NCBI GenBank assembly: GCA_043228905.1
Contig: JBHGNT010000004.1
Location: 9,858,001 to 9,922,000 of the forward strand
Reading direction: 5' to 3'
Source: Azolla caroliniana
Taxonomy: Eukaryota > Plantae > Polypodiophyta
Length of the DNA stretch: 64,000 nt
In this document: positions 40,761-53,950 of the stretch, one piece after another
How positions within the stretch are numbered: the first letter of the stretch is position 1
How the letters are laid out: each line of letters begins with the position of its first letter
The notes under the pieces: model-generated
Told to the model about the DNA's origin: nothing
Seen by the model: only the letters and a program-made list of their open reading frames with translations
The model's database searches: none
Translations under genes and position numbers: made by a program

Positions 40761-42112
40761 GTGGACAGGTATATATGTATGCCTTTTTTCTTTGTATTGT
40801 TTTTTTGGTGTGTGTCTTTTATGTGTGTGTGTGAACACAGGTATATAGACGTTGGACAAGAAGGAGAAAAACATAAAAGGAGAAGTAGGAAATAGAGCGA
40901 GAGCTGGTTTTTCTGAGAATATATAGCAAATCAGAAAAAAGAGAGAAAATAGAAAAATAGAGAGAGAAAAAAAGGAAAAACAGAAAACAAAAGAGTGAGC
41001 AAGAGGAAGAGTGTTTTCCACCAACGCAAAGATAGAGACCTATGAGGGGTTTTTCGTGTTGTCAAAAAACCACGATTGAACAACACCTATCATGTCCACA
41101 TAAAAGAAGGTGGAAATAGAGTGAGAGCTAGTTTTTCTAAGAATATATAGCAAATAAATAAAAAGAGAGAAAATAGAAAAATAGAGAGAGAAAAAACGGA
41201 AAAACAGAAAGCGAAAGAGTGAGCAAGAGGAAGAGTGTTCTACCAACGCAGAGATAGAGACCTATGAGGGGTTGTTCGTGTTGTCAGAGAACTAGGATTG
41301 AACAACACCTATCATGTCTACTTGTATCAGGTTTCTTCTTTTTATGTTTTCCTTATTTCCATTTTTCTTAGTTTTTCTATTCACCCAGTTGGGCGAGGAA
41401 TTATAATCTTGATTATTGCTTATTGGTTTATCCACCCAATCGGGTGACGATTCTGGCCAAGGTTGTTGCCTTGAGGCTAGCACATTTCTTGTGCTTATTG
41501 TTGTATTATCCACCCAATCGGGTGACGATTGTAGCCAAGGTTGTTGCCTTGAGGCTAGCACATTTCTTGTGCTTATTGTTGTATTATCCACCCAATCAGG
41601 TGACGATTGTAGCCAAGGTTATTGCCTTGAGGCTAACACATTTCTTGTGCTTATTGTTGTATTATCTACCCAATCAGGTGAAGATTGTAGCCAAGGTTGT
41701 TGCCTTGAGGCTAGGACATTTTCTCTAGTCAAAACCTTGAGAGTCCGTACTCATTTGTACCCACTATTGTGTAGCCAAGGTTGTTGCCTTGAGGTTTGTA
41801 CGTTCCTCTAGTCAAAACCTAAAGAGGTCGCACATAGTTTGTAATCTTTGTTATTCTATCCACCTGATGGGGTGAAGGTTGTAACCAAGGCCATTGCCTT
41901 GAGGTAGATACTCTCCTCTAGTGAGGTCATATTCCATTGTACTCAAAAAAATAGTGAAGTTGTTTGGAACCTACGCTTCCCGTGGTTTTTCCCTATGTTG
42001 GGTTTTCCACGTTAAATTTTTTGGTGTACTCTCATTTTTGTCTTCTGGTTTCATCTAGTCTTAATTGTGCTTGAAGTTTAAATCATCCCTATTCAATCCC
42101 ATATTCCCAACA
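38134..42112 (+). mobile_element. Ty1/copia deletion derivative (5' LTR truncated 38134-38329; gag-PR-INT relic; no RT/RH; 3' LTR 40420-42112)
   Basis: PBS TGGTATCAGAGC 38332-38343; gag MIKLTVSNYPIWK; protease WVFDSGAS; PPT gatggagggggaga; both LTRs share the same 3' end. Confidence 0.88.
41428..41720. repeat. 78-bp tandem repeat (~4 copies) in copia LTR
   Basis: ttatccacccaatc recurs every 78 bp; appears as a 26-aa repeat in the ORF track. Confidence 0.92.
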
Positions 42113-42179
42113 AAGTTTTGGGTTACCTCCACCATAGGGCCGATGAGGGAGATCTTCATTCTGCTTCTGAAGCAAAACC

Positions 42180-42650
42180 ATGAAACGAAGTGGAAACCAT
42201 AAACCCACAAGACCCAGGAATGTTCGTATTGTTTGCGATAAAGCAAATTTAGAATATCTACATGCGAACAAAACTCCCAAACAGAAAATCTCAGAACCAA
42301 AGAGACCCTACCATGCTCCAGCAAAGGAAGATGGTTCCATATCTCCGATAGCAATAGATGAGGAGAGAGCCTTTGTTGATCAAGCTATTCAGGCGCAAGA
42401 GATCTATGCAACATTGATGGAGGTTGCCTCTACAAGTAGTAGTGGCTCTAGATCAATAGGGGGTTGGACATATTCCGAAGATGAAGGAGATGATAAAATG
42501 GATCAAGATGCAAAAGACGAGGATTTGAACCACCATCACACTGTGAGCTTTATAGAGCATCGGAAAGCTCATTATAATGAATATCGCAAGGTTAAAAAGC
42601 TTTAGGGAAACAAGGTTCCAGAACCCCTAGAAGATGATAGTGATGGAATT
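42180..42650 (+). pseudogene. Intronless protein phosphatase inhibitor-2 (I-2/IPP-2) retrocopy
   Basis: RIVCDKANL (cf. RVxWDEANL), QKISEPKRPYH (cf. KITEPKTPYH), GWTYSEDE, SFIEHRKAHYNEYRKVKKL. Key W and TP residues are altered and there is an early stop. Confidence 0.85.
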
Positions 42651-43369
42651 AAAGAGGTTCATCCCTTTCACAAGAGCAAGAGAGGCTTTGGATTCGTCCG
42701 AGTTACGGATACATCATCTATCATTGAATGATAAGAAATAAAATAAAAAGCATCCATAAATTGCAAGAAAAGACAATAGAGGTGAAGAGAGTTGTTCCCA
42801 AGGAGCTATAAGGAGGATCAAGATGAGGAAGAAGAGGAAATAGATGATAGATTCTGAGGATGATGAAGTAGAAGAAACTGAATGCCAGTTCTTGGAAAGT
42901 TATGCATTTAGAGAAGGACGCTCTAGAGGAAGCAGAAGGAAGACAAAGAGAGGGGCATGAGAACAAATTTTACAAATGTGAGGGCATCGACATAAATTTG
43001 AAAACTCAAGGGTACAACAACTTACGACAATTCACGTGAAATAAAAGCAAAAACACATGCACATACACAAAACATCATTTTAGGACCTAAAAGAGAGTAC
43101 TGAAGTTATTATGTTAGGGGATGTGCCGACCGAACGAGAGGTTCATGTCGTAGGTTCGTGTTACGCGTGTTTTGGTCGAGGGAGTTTTGACCAACGAGAT
43201 AGGAGAAGATCGAGGGAGTTCTGGTCCAACGACCAATGTTGAAGTTTATTAAAGTCATGTGGGTTCAGCTGTGCATGGCATTGTCCCATCGGGCATGTTA
43301 AATTTTGTGTTATCACCTTCCTGGTTGGCAGACACAAAGGATTGAACAACTTACTCTCTAATTCTTCCT

Positions 43370-44542
43370 ATCGAGTCTTATGAAAAAGAGCGCCTTCAAG
43401 AGGAAAACAAGAAGACTGAAACAAATACCATGGAAGAGGATATGACTTAGGAGTAGCAACATCACTAGAGATAGACAGAGGAGATTAACACCAGTAAGGA
43501 AGCCGAGCATGAGCAAGATGAACAAGAGCAAGAGGAAACCCAATGGCGAGACGCGCAACACAATGAGCTCGAGACGGAACAAGTCGCACCAACGAATGAC
43601 ATGTACAACAAACAGTCGAGGATGGAAGCTACCGATCAGATGAATTAGCGGAGTCGAATCCGCTGGTCAAGCGGCAACACCGATAGGACAATCAACCCCC
43701 AATCAGCAAGCCTCCGAGGATGACAACTAGGAGGAAGAAGAACCCAACATGTTGGAAATTTTGATAGATGACGACGATGAGGGTGACGACCACTAAAGTC
43801 AAGCTGGGCGGGTTCGATTGTGCAAGGCATTGTCCCACAGGCGTGCCATGTGTTAGTAGGGCAAGTCGACCCTAGGATAAAAGTCCAAAGTAGTAGTTGT
43901 AAGAGTAGTTGACCTAGCTAGAGGTCGAAAAAGGACAAGTGTGAAATCATAAGACGGAAGACTAAGAAATGTAATAGTCGTAAAATACCAAGTAGAAATT
44001 AGGGAGTTATAATTGATGCTTAGGTTTCTTGCCGAAAGGCAGTTTTTGGTTTCTTGGAGAGAACTTCTGTACCACCTATAAAAAGGGGTACAAAGCATTG
44101 AAAAAAGTATCAATCTGTATGTGTATGATTTTAATATCATTTTAGTTTAGAGTACTCTGTGGTCATGGTTATTTCGCTTTTCTGAGTGTCGTTCATATTG
44201 AATCGTATGATCAGAGAGAGGGAGAGTGTCTTTGTATACAATCAATCATAAGTTGGAGAGTGATTATGTTTCACAGTACCTCTATGTGTGTGATTAGATT
44301 AAGTGAGTGACTCGGATGTGAGAAAAGTAAGAGAGTGAGAATTAATCAAGAGTGAATAGTAGTAAGTAAGTAATCGGACTCGACCGAATCCATAACTCCA
44401 ACCATAGTCCCCTTGATAGGACGACTTAGAGAGTAAGTTGTTTGATCCTTTGTGTCTGTCGACCAGGAAGGTGATAACATTCCATTTATGCACAAACATT
44501 GTCACAAGTATCTTCCCAAAGCTCATGTTAACTAACGTAACA
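43370..44542 (-). mobile_element. Second Tat-like relic: LTR ~43851-44542, minus-strand tRNA-Arg-type PBS (43832-43848), opposite-strand acidic ORF tail
   Basis: Minus strand reads ...CTAACA CA TGGCACGCCTGTGGGAC. The PBS-adjacent sequence resembles that of the 36374 element. Confidence 0.65.
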
Positions 44543-45870
44543 CTGATGCAATTGTAAGCTCTATTAATCCAATGAATCTAGAATAATTTAACTAATAAGA
44601 TACATTGATTAAATCCTTTTTACAACAAGATAATAAAGAATAAGGGAAAATATTGGAATGGTTAATTGGATTAACTCCGAGTTTCGATGGCTTGAGCTCA
44701 CAAATGACAATCACCTCACCTTTTATTGTCACAGTTTCCCGCTCCCTCATTTTTGTCTTTCCTGAATACCTTGAATTATCATCTCTCATGTTCCTTACTT
44801 GAAACAAACACAACCCTAGAGAAAGAAGTTGGAGAACAAGTGGCCTAATATCCACTCTCGTACATCCTAAAGAAGTTATATAAATGGTGAGAAATAAGGA
44901 AACAAATAAGAAACAAATATTGTCCAAACCGTAACACCCAAGAGGAAGGAAGAAGAACAACAAGTTCCTCTAAGAATCCAAGAAGAAAAACCCAAAATAA
45001 TTTATCTCCAACAAAAATGATGAACCCCTCTTTTTGTCTTTCTCGTTTCGTTTTTATAATGAGAGGAAAGAGAGGCAAGCCCCTTACCACAATTAATGCA
45101 CATCTACCCCTCCCCTCGATGGGTAGATGCGAACCCATCTAGAGGCAAGAAAGTAAAATCCTCCATACCCACTAAGATATGAACCCTTTTCCTTTACCCA
45201 TATAATGTATAGCCTTTTAACTATTTGGCTATTTACCTTTTACTTGTACCCTCGATTAATAATTTTAATTCTATTTTTCTACCCCATTGCATATGTCAAA
45301 TCACAAAATTGTTCAAGAGGATTTTTTGAGTCAAGTCGAATTATGGATGCATGAAACAATAATTGGCCCCTAAATCTAAGAGAGTTGAGGAAAGGGGTAG
45401 ATTACACCGAGGTGTACTAACCTCAACTCATGCAATAAAAACTCTACTAACTCTATTTGATGAAATGGAACCAATATTAGGGACCGACTTTATATGTTCT
45501 AGATTGTCTAATAAATGGCTCCAATTTTGAGTGACTGACTCTACATGTTCTAGATTCTCTAGACATATGGCTCCAAATTTGGTTAAAACTTACTCATTTA
45601 ATGCCCACCTACTTGGCTTGGAACTTCAAAACTATTGGACTACCTTGGCTCGTGACAAGACAACTAGATTTAATGTATATCTAGTGGAAGGGATATGATA
45701 AAGAATAGGAAGAAATTGTAGAATCAGGACAAATGTTTGATTGTGAGGTCAGTTAACTTCAAGAAGATCAATACTAGCCTTTAGATATACTAGTCATAAA
45801 CTTGGATGAAATTTGGTCCCTTGTTCTATTATAGATTCTTTTTCCATCCACTAAGCTACATCCATATGGG

Positions 45871-45974
45871 AAAATTTTGAACCATTTCTGAATTTGCGCA
45901 TGTCATTCTTGTGTAGGGGTCATCCTAATCTTCTTTGTATCATTCCAAGTTTCTTAGATGTTCCCAAAAGGGAT
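45871..45974 (-). ncRNA. U6: U6 snRNA pseudogene (full length, degenerate)
   Basis: Reverse complement aligns end to end with plant U6 (..GGAACATCT..TTGGAATGATACAAAGAAGATTAGGATGACCCCT..AAATGGTTCAAAATTTT). The ACAGAGA box is mutated to ACAAAGA and no USE/TATA is visible. Confidence 0.9.
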
Positions 45975-46772
45975 TTCTATTGTTGATTCTCTCTCTCTCT
46001 CTCTCTTGCTCTTCTTGTTTGTTTGACTCTCATCTTACTCTCATTGCCCACATCCCCATTCCGAAGGTTACACAAGCGTCAGCAAGTGCTCTCTCTCAAG
46101 TGACATCACTGAAAAACACTTGGCATTTGTTTTTTTTGTTTTACTTTTCTCTTTCTTTAATTCCCTCGATTCTTTTAAGCCATCTTCGGATTCTAGTATC
46201 GCGTTGCCAATCAACTCCCTCCCTCCCACACACACACACACACACACACACTCTCTCTCTCTCTCACGTGTATTGCATGAAATGTAATATTTTTGGTCCT
46301 CATAGGTCATATTTGACCATCGAAGACAAATAATAGAATCTATCTATCTATCTATCTATCTTTATTGGTTGGGCATCATAGTCTCATAGATTGTAATGAG
46401 TCTTCTCTTCTGGAGATTAATTAAAAAGATATCTTATCTATCTGTCAAGCATTTCCTTAGGTTTTAACAAACAATCTAGGAGAGAAAAGCAAAAAAGGTA
46501 GGGAGGGGGTGGGGGGGGGGGGGGGCATGGTATGGAAATACAGAAAACAGAGGGGCATTTTTGGTGGGCGATATAGATACATTTGTAGTAGTAGTAATAA
46601 AGAAAGGAGGTTTCTATTCTACTTACAAAGTTACATACATACTGCTGCTGCCTGCTCTGCAAGTAAGGCGGATCTACAGAAGGAGGAGGAGGAGGAGGAG
46701 GAGGAGGAGAAGGGAACAGAGCTCGCAAGCAAATCTTCTTCCACTTTGCCCTAAAAGCTTCGGAATTTCAGA

Positions 46773-49639
46773 ATGTCTCACATGGCTTGGAACGCTGTTG
46801 GGGAGGCTGCAACAGTAGTTCAGCTCACAGGCCTCGACTCCGTCAAGATAATTGCTTTGATCGTCAGCGCTGCCAACAATGCGAGGATGCACAAGAAGAA
46901 CTGCAAGCAGTTTGCGCAGCACTTGAAGCTCATCGGAAACCTCCTGCAGAGGCTCAAGATCTCTGAGCTCAGAGCATGGCCCGAGACACGTGAGCCTTTG
47001 GATCAACTCGATGATGCTCTCCGACGATCTTTCCTCCTCGTCAACAGCTGCAAAGACAAGAGCTATCTGTATTTGCTGGCGCTTGGGTGGTCCACTGTAG
47101 CTCAGTTTAAGGAATGCCAAGCAGAGATCGACAGGCTTCTTGGGCTCATTCCGTTGATTACTCTTGTGGAGCATAACAGGGTAAGCATTTACGAATGCAA
47201 CTCCTTTTTCTTTCCCCTTTTATTTTGTGTGATGTATGTATGTATGTATGTATGTATGTATGTATGTATGCATGCATGTTTTCTGTTTACTTTATATATC
47301 CCAGCATGTCTGGCTTCTTGTGTCAATGTGTAATCTGTGTGATTGAGGTTGTCAGAATAATGGTATGGCTCATTGGGAAATAGGTGCATTGGTCAAATGT
47401 GATGTTTTTTGTCCCTTTTATCCCCAGAGAAAATGATATAGAGACATCTTTTCTGTGTGAAGGAACGCTTACGAGCGATTGAAAACGATGAGCGAGTATA
47501 TACATTGGATGAGAAAGAACTCCAGGTGCATGAGGCGGTCCTGAAACCCAAGGTAGATGCAAAAGATGCGAAGTTTTTAGAGAGATCCTTGTCTAGGAGC
47601 TATCCAGGAATGGATATTTCCGAAATCATTAAGAAAGAGAAAAGGAAGCTAACAACAGAACTCCAACAAATGGAGCACTGTATGGAAATGGATAAGGTTG
47701 AGGTTATCCATCATCTGATAGATGTTACAGAAACTGTATTGCCTCAGAATCGAAGGTCTAAAGAGAAGACAAAACCTTCTAAGCATTCGGAACAAGCAAC
47801 GATGATGCAACCAGTGGAAGAGCAAATGGAAGAATGTGATGATGCCATTGATAACTGTTATTCTTCCCCTTCTCCAAGGTATTGCGTTTTCTTATTTGTA
47901 TGTTTAGTTTGGGCCTATCATTTTTCTTATTTGTATGTTTAGTTCTTATCTGAATGAGAATGACTGAACTTACTGGAGCTTTGGATGTTGGCTAAGATTG
48001 ATAATTAGGCGAGTAAATTTGGATGATCCATTGTCATGAACTTCAAATTGCATCTGCTTAAAAAAAAAGTGTTTGTATTCAGTCCTTATGTAATAATAAT
48101 GTAATTTTCACGGTCAACGATTTTCACGTCAGGAAAGAAAAAATATATGAATCTGGACAAACATCTGGGTTTCAGCTCATCGAGTTGCATTTGTGCCATA
48201 ATTTGAACCATAAAGTTTAAATATGAATGGAAAATATCTATGTTGGCTCCATGGAGAGTTTCGCTTCCTTCTATGAGCAATATTAATGACCTAAATTTTT
48301 TATTGACAAGAAGCAAAGACCTGTAATGAAGAGCTTTGTCATTACTTGATATCTAATCTTGAGTTGTGATAGGTGACTACAGGCATAATGGTGGCTCATT
48401 TTTATCTCCCGAAAAACATTCATCAGATGCTCAGCAAAGTTCAGGAACCGAGTCATGGCATAATAGTCTATCTGATTGCTGCACCGACCCATACTTATGT
48501 AAGTGATAATTGCTTGCCAAATAAGATTTTGTTTCTCATTCATATATGGTATGGATGCCACACAGAGTTGTTCATGTAGAAATGCTATCTTTTTAAGTGT
48601 TCCACAGAAAGCTGAAGACATCACTAGTTTTCAAGATGATTTATTATGAACGCCATTCATGAAGCTCTAGTTGGAGAATCTTGTGGAATAAATAGGCCAA
48701 GTTGGGAGTGAAACAGACTCTAGGAAAGTGGGTGCAGAGTCCTTAACCACTGTTAAAACCACATCTTGTTTTACCGTAAAAGTACTAATTTGGCGGTGGA
48801 AATGCAGTAAACATACTATATGCTTACAATAATGTAAATGAAAGAATTTGCTCTTTTGCTGTTTTCAGGTATATCAACTTGCATGTATCCATGTGGCACA
48901 TTCTCAGATGTAGCATCCTTTGCTTCAGATGGAAAAGTTTGTGAGTAAATATATAACCTCCATCCTATTGCTGACGCGTTTTGCTCGATCATTTTCTCAT
49001 AATGCTACGTCTTTCATTCAATCTCATCAATCAAAATCTGTATTTTTTTTTGTTGTCTTTCCATGGTGACAGCTCCTGAGGAGGCATGCAACAACCTTAT
49101 GACTTATACATTGATGCTCTGTTGTTTCTGTCACACTTGTTGTATCAGGCGTCAATTACGGAAACGATATAACATTGAAGTAAGAGAGGGCAAAACATTT
49201 AGCCTTTATAGAGGTTTTGATTATACATAAACGTACATAGGATATTGTATGATTTGATATAAGCATCGATTGAAGCATGAACACCATTCATGCCTTTTTT
49301 TGTTTGCTTGTCTCTCTAGGGGGATTGCTGCGAGGATTTGTGTGCTCACATGATGTGTTGCTGCTGTGCTCTTGTTCAAGAATGGCAGGAGATCCTAGCT
49401 CGTGATGAGAGTATGTGTTATGTTGTTATGTTAATGAAAGCTACAGAAGCACACAGGTGTATATGTATACATCATGTGGGTTTAAGTTGAAACATAGGTG
49501 TTTTCCAATTTGTGATTATACATGTCATTTCTTTTTTCTGTTAATCTTCTTTTGCCATTCAGTAATTCTTCTCTTTCTGATTGCAGACTTCAAGCTTAGC
49601 CCCCCTCCTACTCAATCAATGAAGAGAGAGGAAGAATGA
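46773..49639 (+). CDS. MCA1: MID1-complementing activity (MCA)/CNR13-type mechanosensitive Ca2+ channel, MCAfunc + PLAC8 domains; exons 46773-47180, 47463-47878, 48383-48498, 48869-48940, 49073-49179, 49320-49410, 49587-49639 (420 aa)
   Basis: N-terminus MSHMAWNAVGEAATVVQLTGLDSVKIIALIV..MHKKNCKQFAQHLKLIGNLL matches MCA1. Cys-rich PLAC8 C-terminus (WHNSLSDCC, CCCCALVQEW). GT-AG introns join in frame to 1263 nt. The exon-3 acceptor is the least certain. Confidence 0.95.
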
Positions 49640-49690
49640 AATGGCAGTTATTTTTAAATGGTTTTCTTTTCTCTCCCTCTTCATTTGATG

Positions 49691-49755
49691 GTGGGATTTG
49701 AACTCTTGACCTCTGACCTTTGACCGCAAGATCGTGAACTGCTAGGCCAACTCCC
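49691..49755 (-). other. tRNA-derived/SINE-head-like relic just after the MCA stop codon
   Basis: Minus strand gggagtTGGCCTAGCAGttc...gaggtcaaGAGTTCAAATCCcac has A-box- and B-box-like motifs at tRNA spacing. Confidence 0.45.
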
Positions 49756-51218
49756 TGTTTCACATCTTAATCCTTAACAAGCTCCCCTCTTCCTTTTTTG
49801 GTATCATTCCAAACCAATTTGACGCACAGATGCCTTATTTAACAAATTCTTCCCTATTAGAACCATTGCAGTGTACTTTCACATCTCTAGGGTCTTCTTC
49901 CCTTCTTTGGATATCTTCAGCCTAAACATGTGGAGCATCATTCGTGCTTGAAAGCATATTAGCCATGTAATGTAATCTGACATTCCGCAGACATTATATC
50001 AATTCATCCATTGGCTGCATGCCACATTTTGAAATCTGTAAACCAGCCGAATTTTCGTGACCATTAAGCGTTTTTTGTTAATGAATCCTTAATGAACTGA
50101 GCTTTTGTTGTGAGAAAGGTGAGATAAATTATAATTAAGATTGTTGAAGGATCGTGATTATACTAGTTGATTGTGCTTGCTTGCTGGATTGCATTCAAAT
50201 GTTTGTGGTCTAGATCCATAATCAAAAAGTTGGATTTCGACAAAATAGAAATAGATTGTTGCACACATACATGATGAGCCCGTGCATCAAAACAACATTT
50301 TTGAGCAACAATTTTCTTTATTTAATTGGTACAAGTTACAACTACGTTTTTTTGCATTGATGTATAAATTTTCAGGAACATTTTTCTTTATTCAAATGGT
50401 ACACATGTGAGTCTAACAAATTATTAAAGGAAAACAAGGAACACTATGGGAAGGGGCACCTTGGTATAAAGTGAAACTCAACATGTTAACCTCAGGTCTC
50501 TAATAGTTTTAGGCAAAGTTTATCATTTATACACACCTTGTATCATATGAGAATATCGATTATGATTTATACTCCTAGTATGCATCTCACAATAAAAAAA
50601 CTACCCATCTTCCATCGATAGAAACTGTGATAAGAGGGGGGAAAAGTAAGATTTAATAATCCAAGCAATTGAACTGAGATTTTGTTTTGAATTAAGGGAA
50701 TATAATTAAATTATGTGCAACTTAAAACTAATTAATTATAATTTAATCTCAACCACAAGTTTTTTGTATTTCTCCATGAGTAGTTAATATCCCAAGTTCT
50801 AACCATAAACCATAAACTTTTCTTCCTTAATAAGGTTCGCATTTAAGAAACATATCCCTTAGATTATGCAATGTTTCACAAGAAATAATTGCGATTTTCT
50901 TTGAAAACAATCATCACTGAAATTAATCTTCAAATGATGATGAATATGGAGGGTTAATGTGAGTGAATATGATAACTTGTATCAATCCTTTGACATAGGT
51001 ACCAAGATGTGAGCTTGGGCATTGATGATTTGCCCTAGTATTAGAGTCTAAAAAATTAATTAACCAAAACATAAGGAATTATAGACCAACGAAAGGAAAG
51101 AGTAGTGCCAAACCATCCGACCACCCCTTCGCAATGGTGTGAGACAAATTGAAACTTCCTCGATGTCCTATACCATCGAGGGTTGATGTAAGTTGTATCT
51201 TGGGTTCCACGAGGATAG

Positions 51219-53950
51219 TGTTGGGCTAAAAGTCCTACTCCTACTATTATATGTCCTAGTGTGTACACTCCTTGGTGTTAGCGCTTAGTAAGTCCTACCA
51301 TGTATAAATAGGAGGCATTCCTCCATGTACACGATGATGTCCATTAATGTAAGATCTACTCTTTGCTATACATTTGTGTATCTATGTGCATATCTGTGTA
51401 TAACACGAAGCATTAGTAGAACGCACGATCTCACACTTACTCTACGCTTCCACACAATCGTAGACAAGACACCACTGGTGTCAACAAGTGGTATCAGACT
51501 GAATTGGAACCCGGACAACATCGGTATAAGAAGAGGAAGAAGATTGAAGGAAAAGACTAGGCTAACAAAAACCTCCAGAAGAACAATGGCCTTGACATAT
51601 GGCATAGGTTGCGAGATCAGAAAGATCGAAAGAAAAAACTTTGCCCTATGGAAGGAGATGATGATGGATGTGCTGATCATATGTCGCTAGATCAAGGTGA
51701 TCAGGCACAATAGCAAACCGTTGGCGATGACAACCGAAGAATGGCGGTCGCTTGACGAGATCGCAAGATAAACCATCTAGATGCATTTGGCTCAAAACGT
51801 CTACTTCAGCATGGCAAAAGAGTTGACTGCATTCGACTTATGGGAGAAACTTCAATCGATATATGAGAAGAATTCAAGCTCCTCCAAACTCGTCTCGATT
51901 AGGCAATTGTTGAACATGAAGATGAGGGAGACAGAGCCGAGCCGACGACCTCCCATGTCAACAACACTTTTAGGTGGATGCTGACAAAACTCCCCTCGTG
52001 AGGCCTACCTAAACTTCGAAGAAGAAGTCATGGTGCTTGCACTCCTCTCGAACCTCCCAACGAGTTGGGAAGTATTCTGCACAACAATCACCAACAACTT
52101 CACGAAGTTGATGCTCAACGAAGTGATTAGGACTATGTTGTAAAAAGAGCTTCGAAGACAGTGGATGGGACTCACCCTCGATGACGGTGCCGAAGCTCAC
52201 ATCTCCGAGGGAGCGGCTCAAAGGACTGGCCGTGATCAAAGCAAGTCGAGAGGGAGACATGACCGACAACGGTCGAAGTCAAGAGGTACACCATCAAACG
52301 ACTACTTCACATACGGCAGGAAGGCTGAGCACCAAGTTTTCTACCGCTGGTCATTAAACAAGAAGGGAAAAGGTAGATAATTTGAGCGGAATACAGGCTC
52401 TTCCAACTTGAACCGACCTTCAACACGCAACCAAATCAACGTTGCCGAATCACCGTTAAGAGAAAGTCCTCTCATTAGAAGGCTTGTCGACTAGTGAAAT
52501 CCTATACAGTGCACAAGATGCACAAACATGGTTGCTCGATTCTTGCATCTCTTTTCATGTGACCCCCCACAAAGAATGGTATTCCAATTATTCGACCAGT
52601 GCTAGCTCGGTCCAACTTGGCAATGGCAATGCGTAGGAGTATAAAATCACTGGAACATGAGAAATACCCATTTGGTTGCCGAGTAGAAGCATCATCACTC
52701 GACACCAAGTCAGGTACATAGCCGATCTGAAGAGGAGTCTAATCTCTATCAACATGCTCGCTGAAGACGGGTATAAGACGACATTGAGCGAGTTGTCATG
52801 GCATATCTCGAAAGGCAATCTTCACATAGGCCATGGCGTGAAGTACAACAATATGTACCCCCTTAGAGTGGGCAATCGGGTTGGATCACTAAACGTAGCA
52901 GAGATGCTGAAATCGTCATTGTGGCATAGTTGACTCGGCCACATGTCACAAACAGGGATAGAAAGGCTTTCATCCCTCGGCTACAGTCCGAATCTTCAAC
53001 ACGCAGAATTTGTTTTCTTTGAGCATTGCCAATACGGGAAACAAACCCGAAGTCTGCAACAACTCATTACAAGACGGTACGACAACGTCTAGAGCTGATC
53101 CACAACAACATTTGTGGATTGATGCTAGAAAGATGACTAGGATGTGCGCGATACTTCATCACTTTCGTAGATGATGATAGATGATTGTGTACGCAAAGTT
53201 TGGGCTTATTCACTTAAGTCCAAAGACGAAGTGCTTGAAACGTTCGCCCGGTGGATAATCAAAGCCCCACAAAGTGAAAACTTTCCGATCGGACAATGGG
53301 GATGAATACACTTCCAAAGCCTTCAAAAAGTACTTGTCCAAAAGAGGGATCCAACATCAAAGAATAATTCCGTACACCATGATGCGGAATGGTGTAGCCA
53401 AGTGGATGAATTGAACAATTCAGGAGAGAGTGACGTCAATGCTACAACATTCAGGATTGAAGAAGGAAATTTGGGCAAAGGCGGTACAAACAATAGTGTC
53501 CCTAATTAATCTCTCACCATCAAAAGCTATTAAGCTTCAAGTGCTACATGCACTATGGTTGGGCACACATCTTAATTATGACCGGCTTCACATCTTTGGA
53601 TGTGAAGCATATGCACACATATCAAGGGAGAAAAGGACAAAGCTTCGACTTTCGAATTTGGGACCTAGAGTACACAAAGCGGATAAGAAGTAGCAATGTA
53701 GTCTTCAATGACTCAATTAGCTCAGCTCGAACATAATCCCAAACTGGCAAGAGAGTTAGTTTCAACCAAAATTCCAGACACCGAATCAAAATCGTTTAGC
53801 GAGTCGACAAGCATGGTTGAACCAGAACTCATAGAGAGCACTCTAAGTAGCATGCAAACCAACTAATCCGAACCGGCGGCGACACATGCACTTAATGGTT
53901 CCCTCACTAGAGCAAGTTGATAGAAATAATGCTCGGACACAACCGAGTTC
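51219..53950 (+). mobile_element. Ty1/copia 5' part (LTR 51219-51486, PBS, gag-PR-INT relic)
   Basis: TGTTG...TCAACA ends; PBS TGGTATCAGA at 51489; NFALWKEMM gag, WLLDSCISFH protease, HIFGCEAY INT tail. Confidence 0.88.

Noticed and set aside
41416-41811. ORFs with 26-aa repeats, or a CRISPR-like array
   Set aside because: Contiguous 78-bp tandem repeats without unique spacers inside a copia LTR; eukaryotic context.
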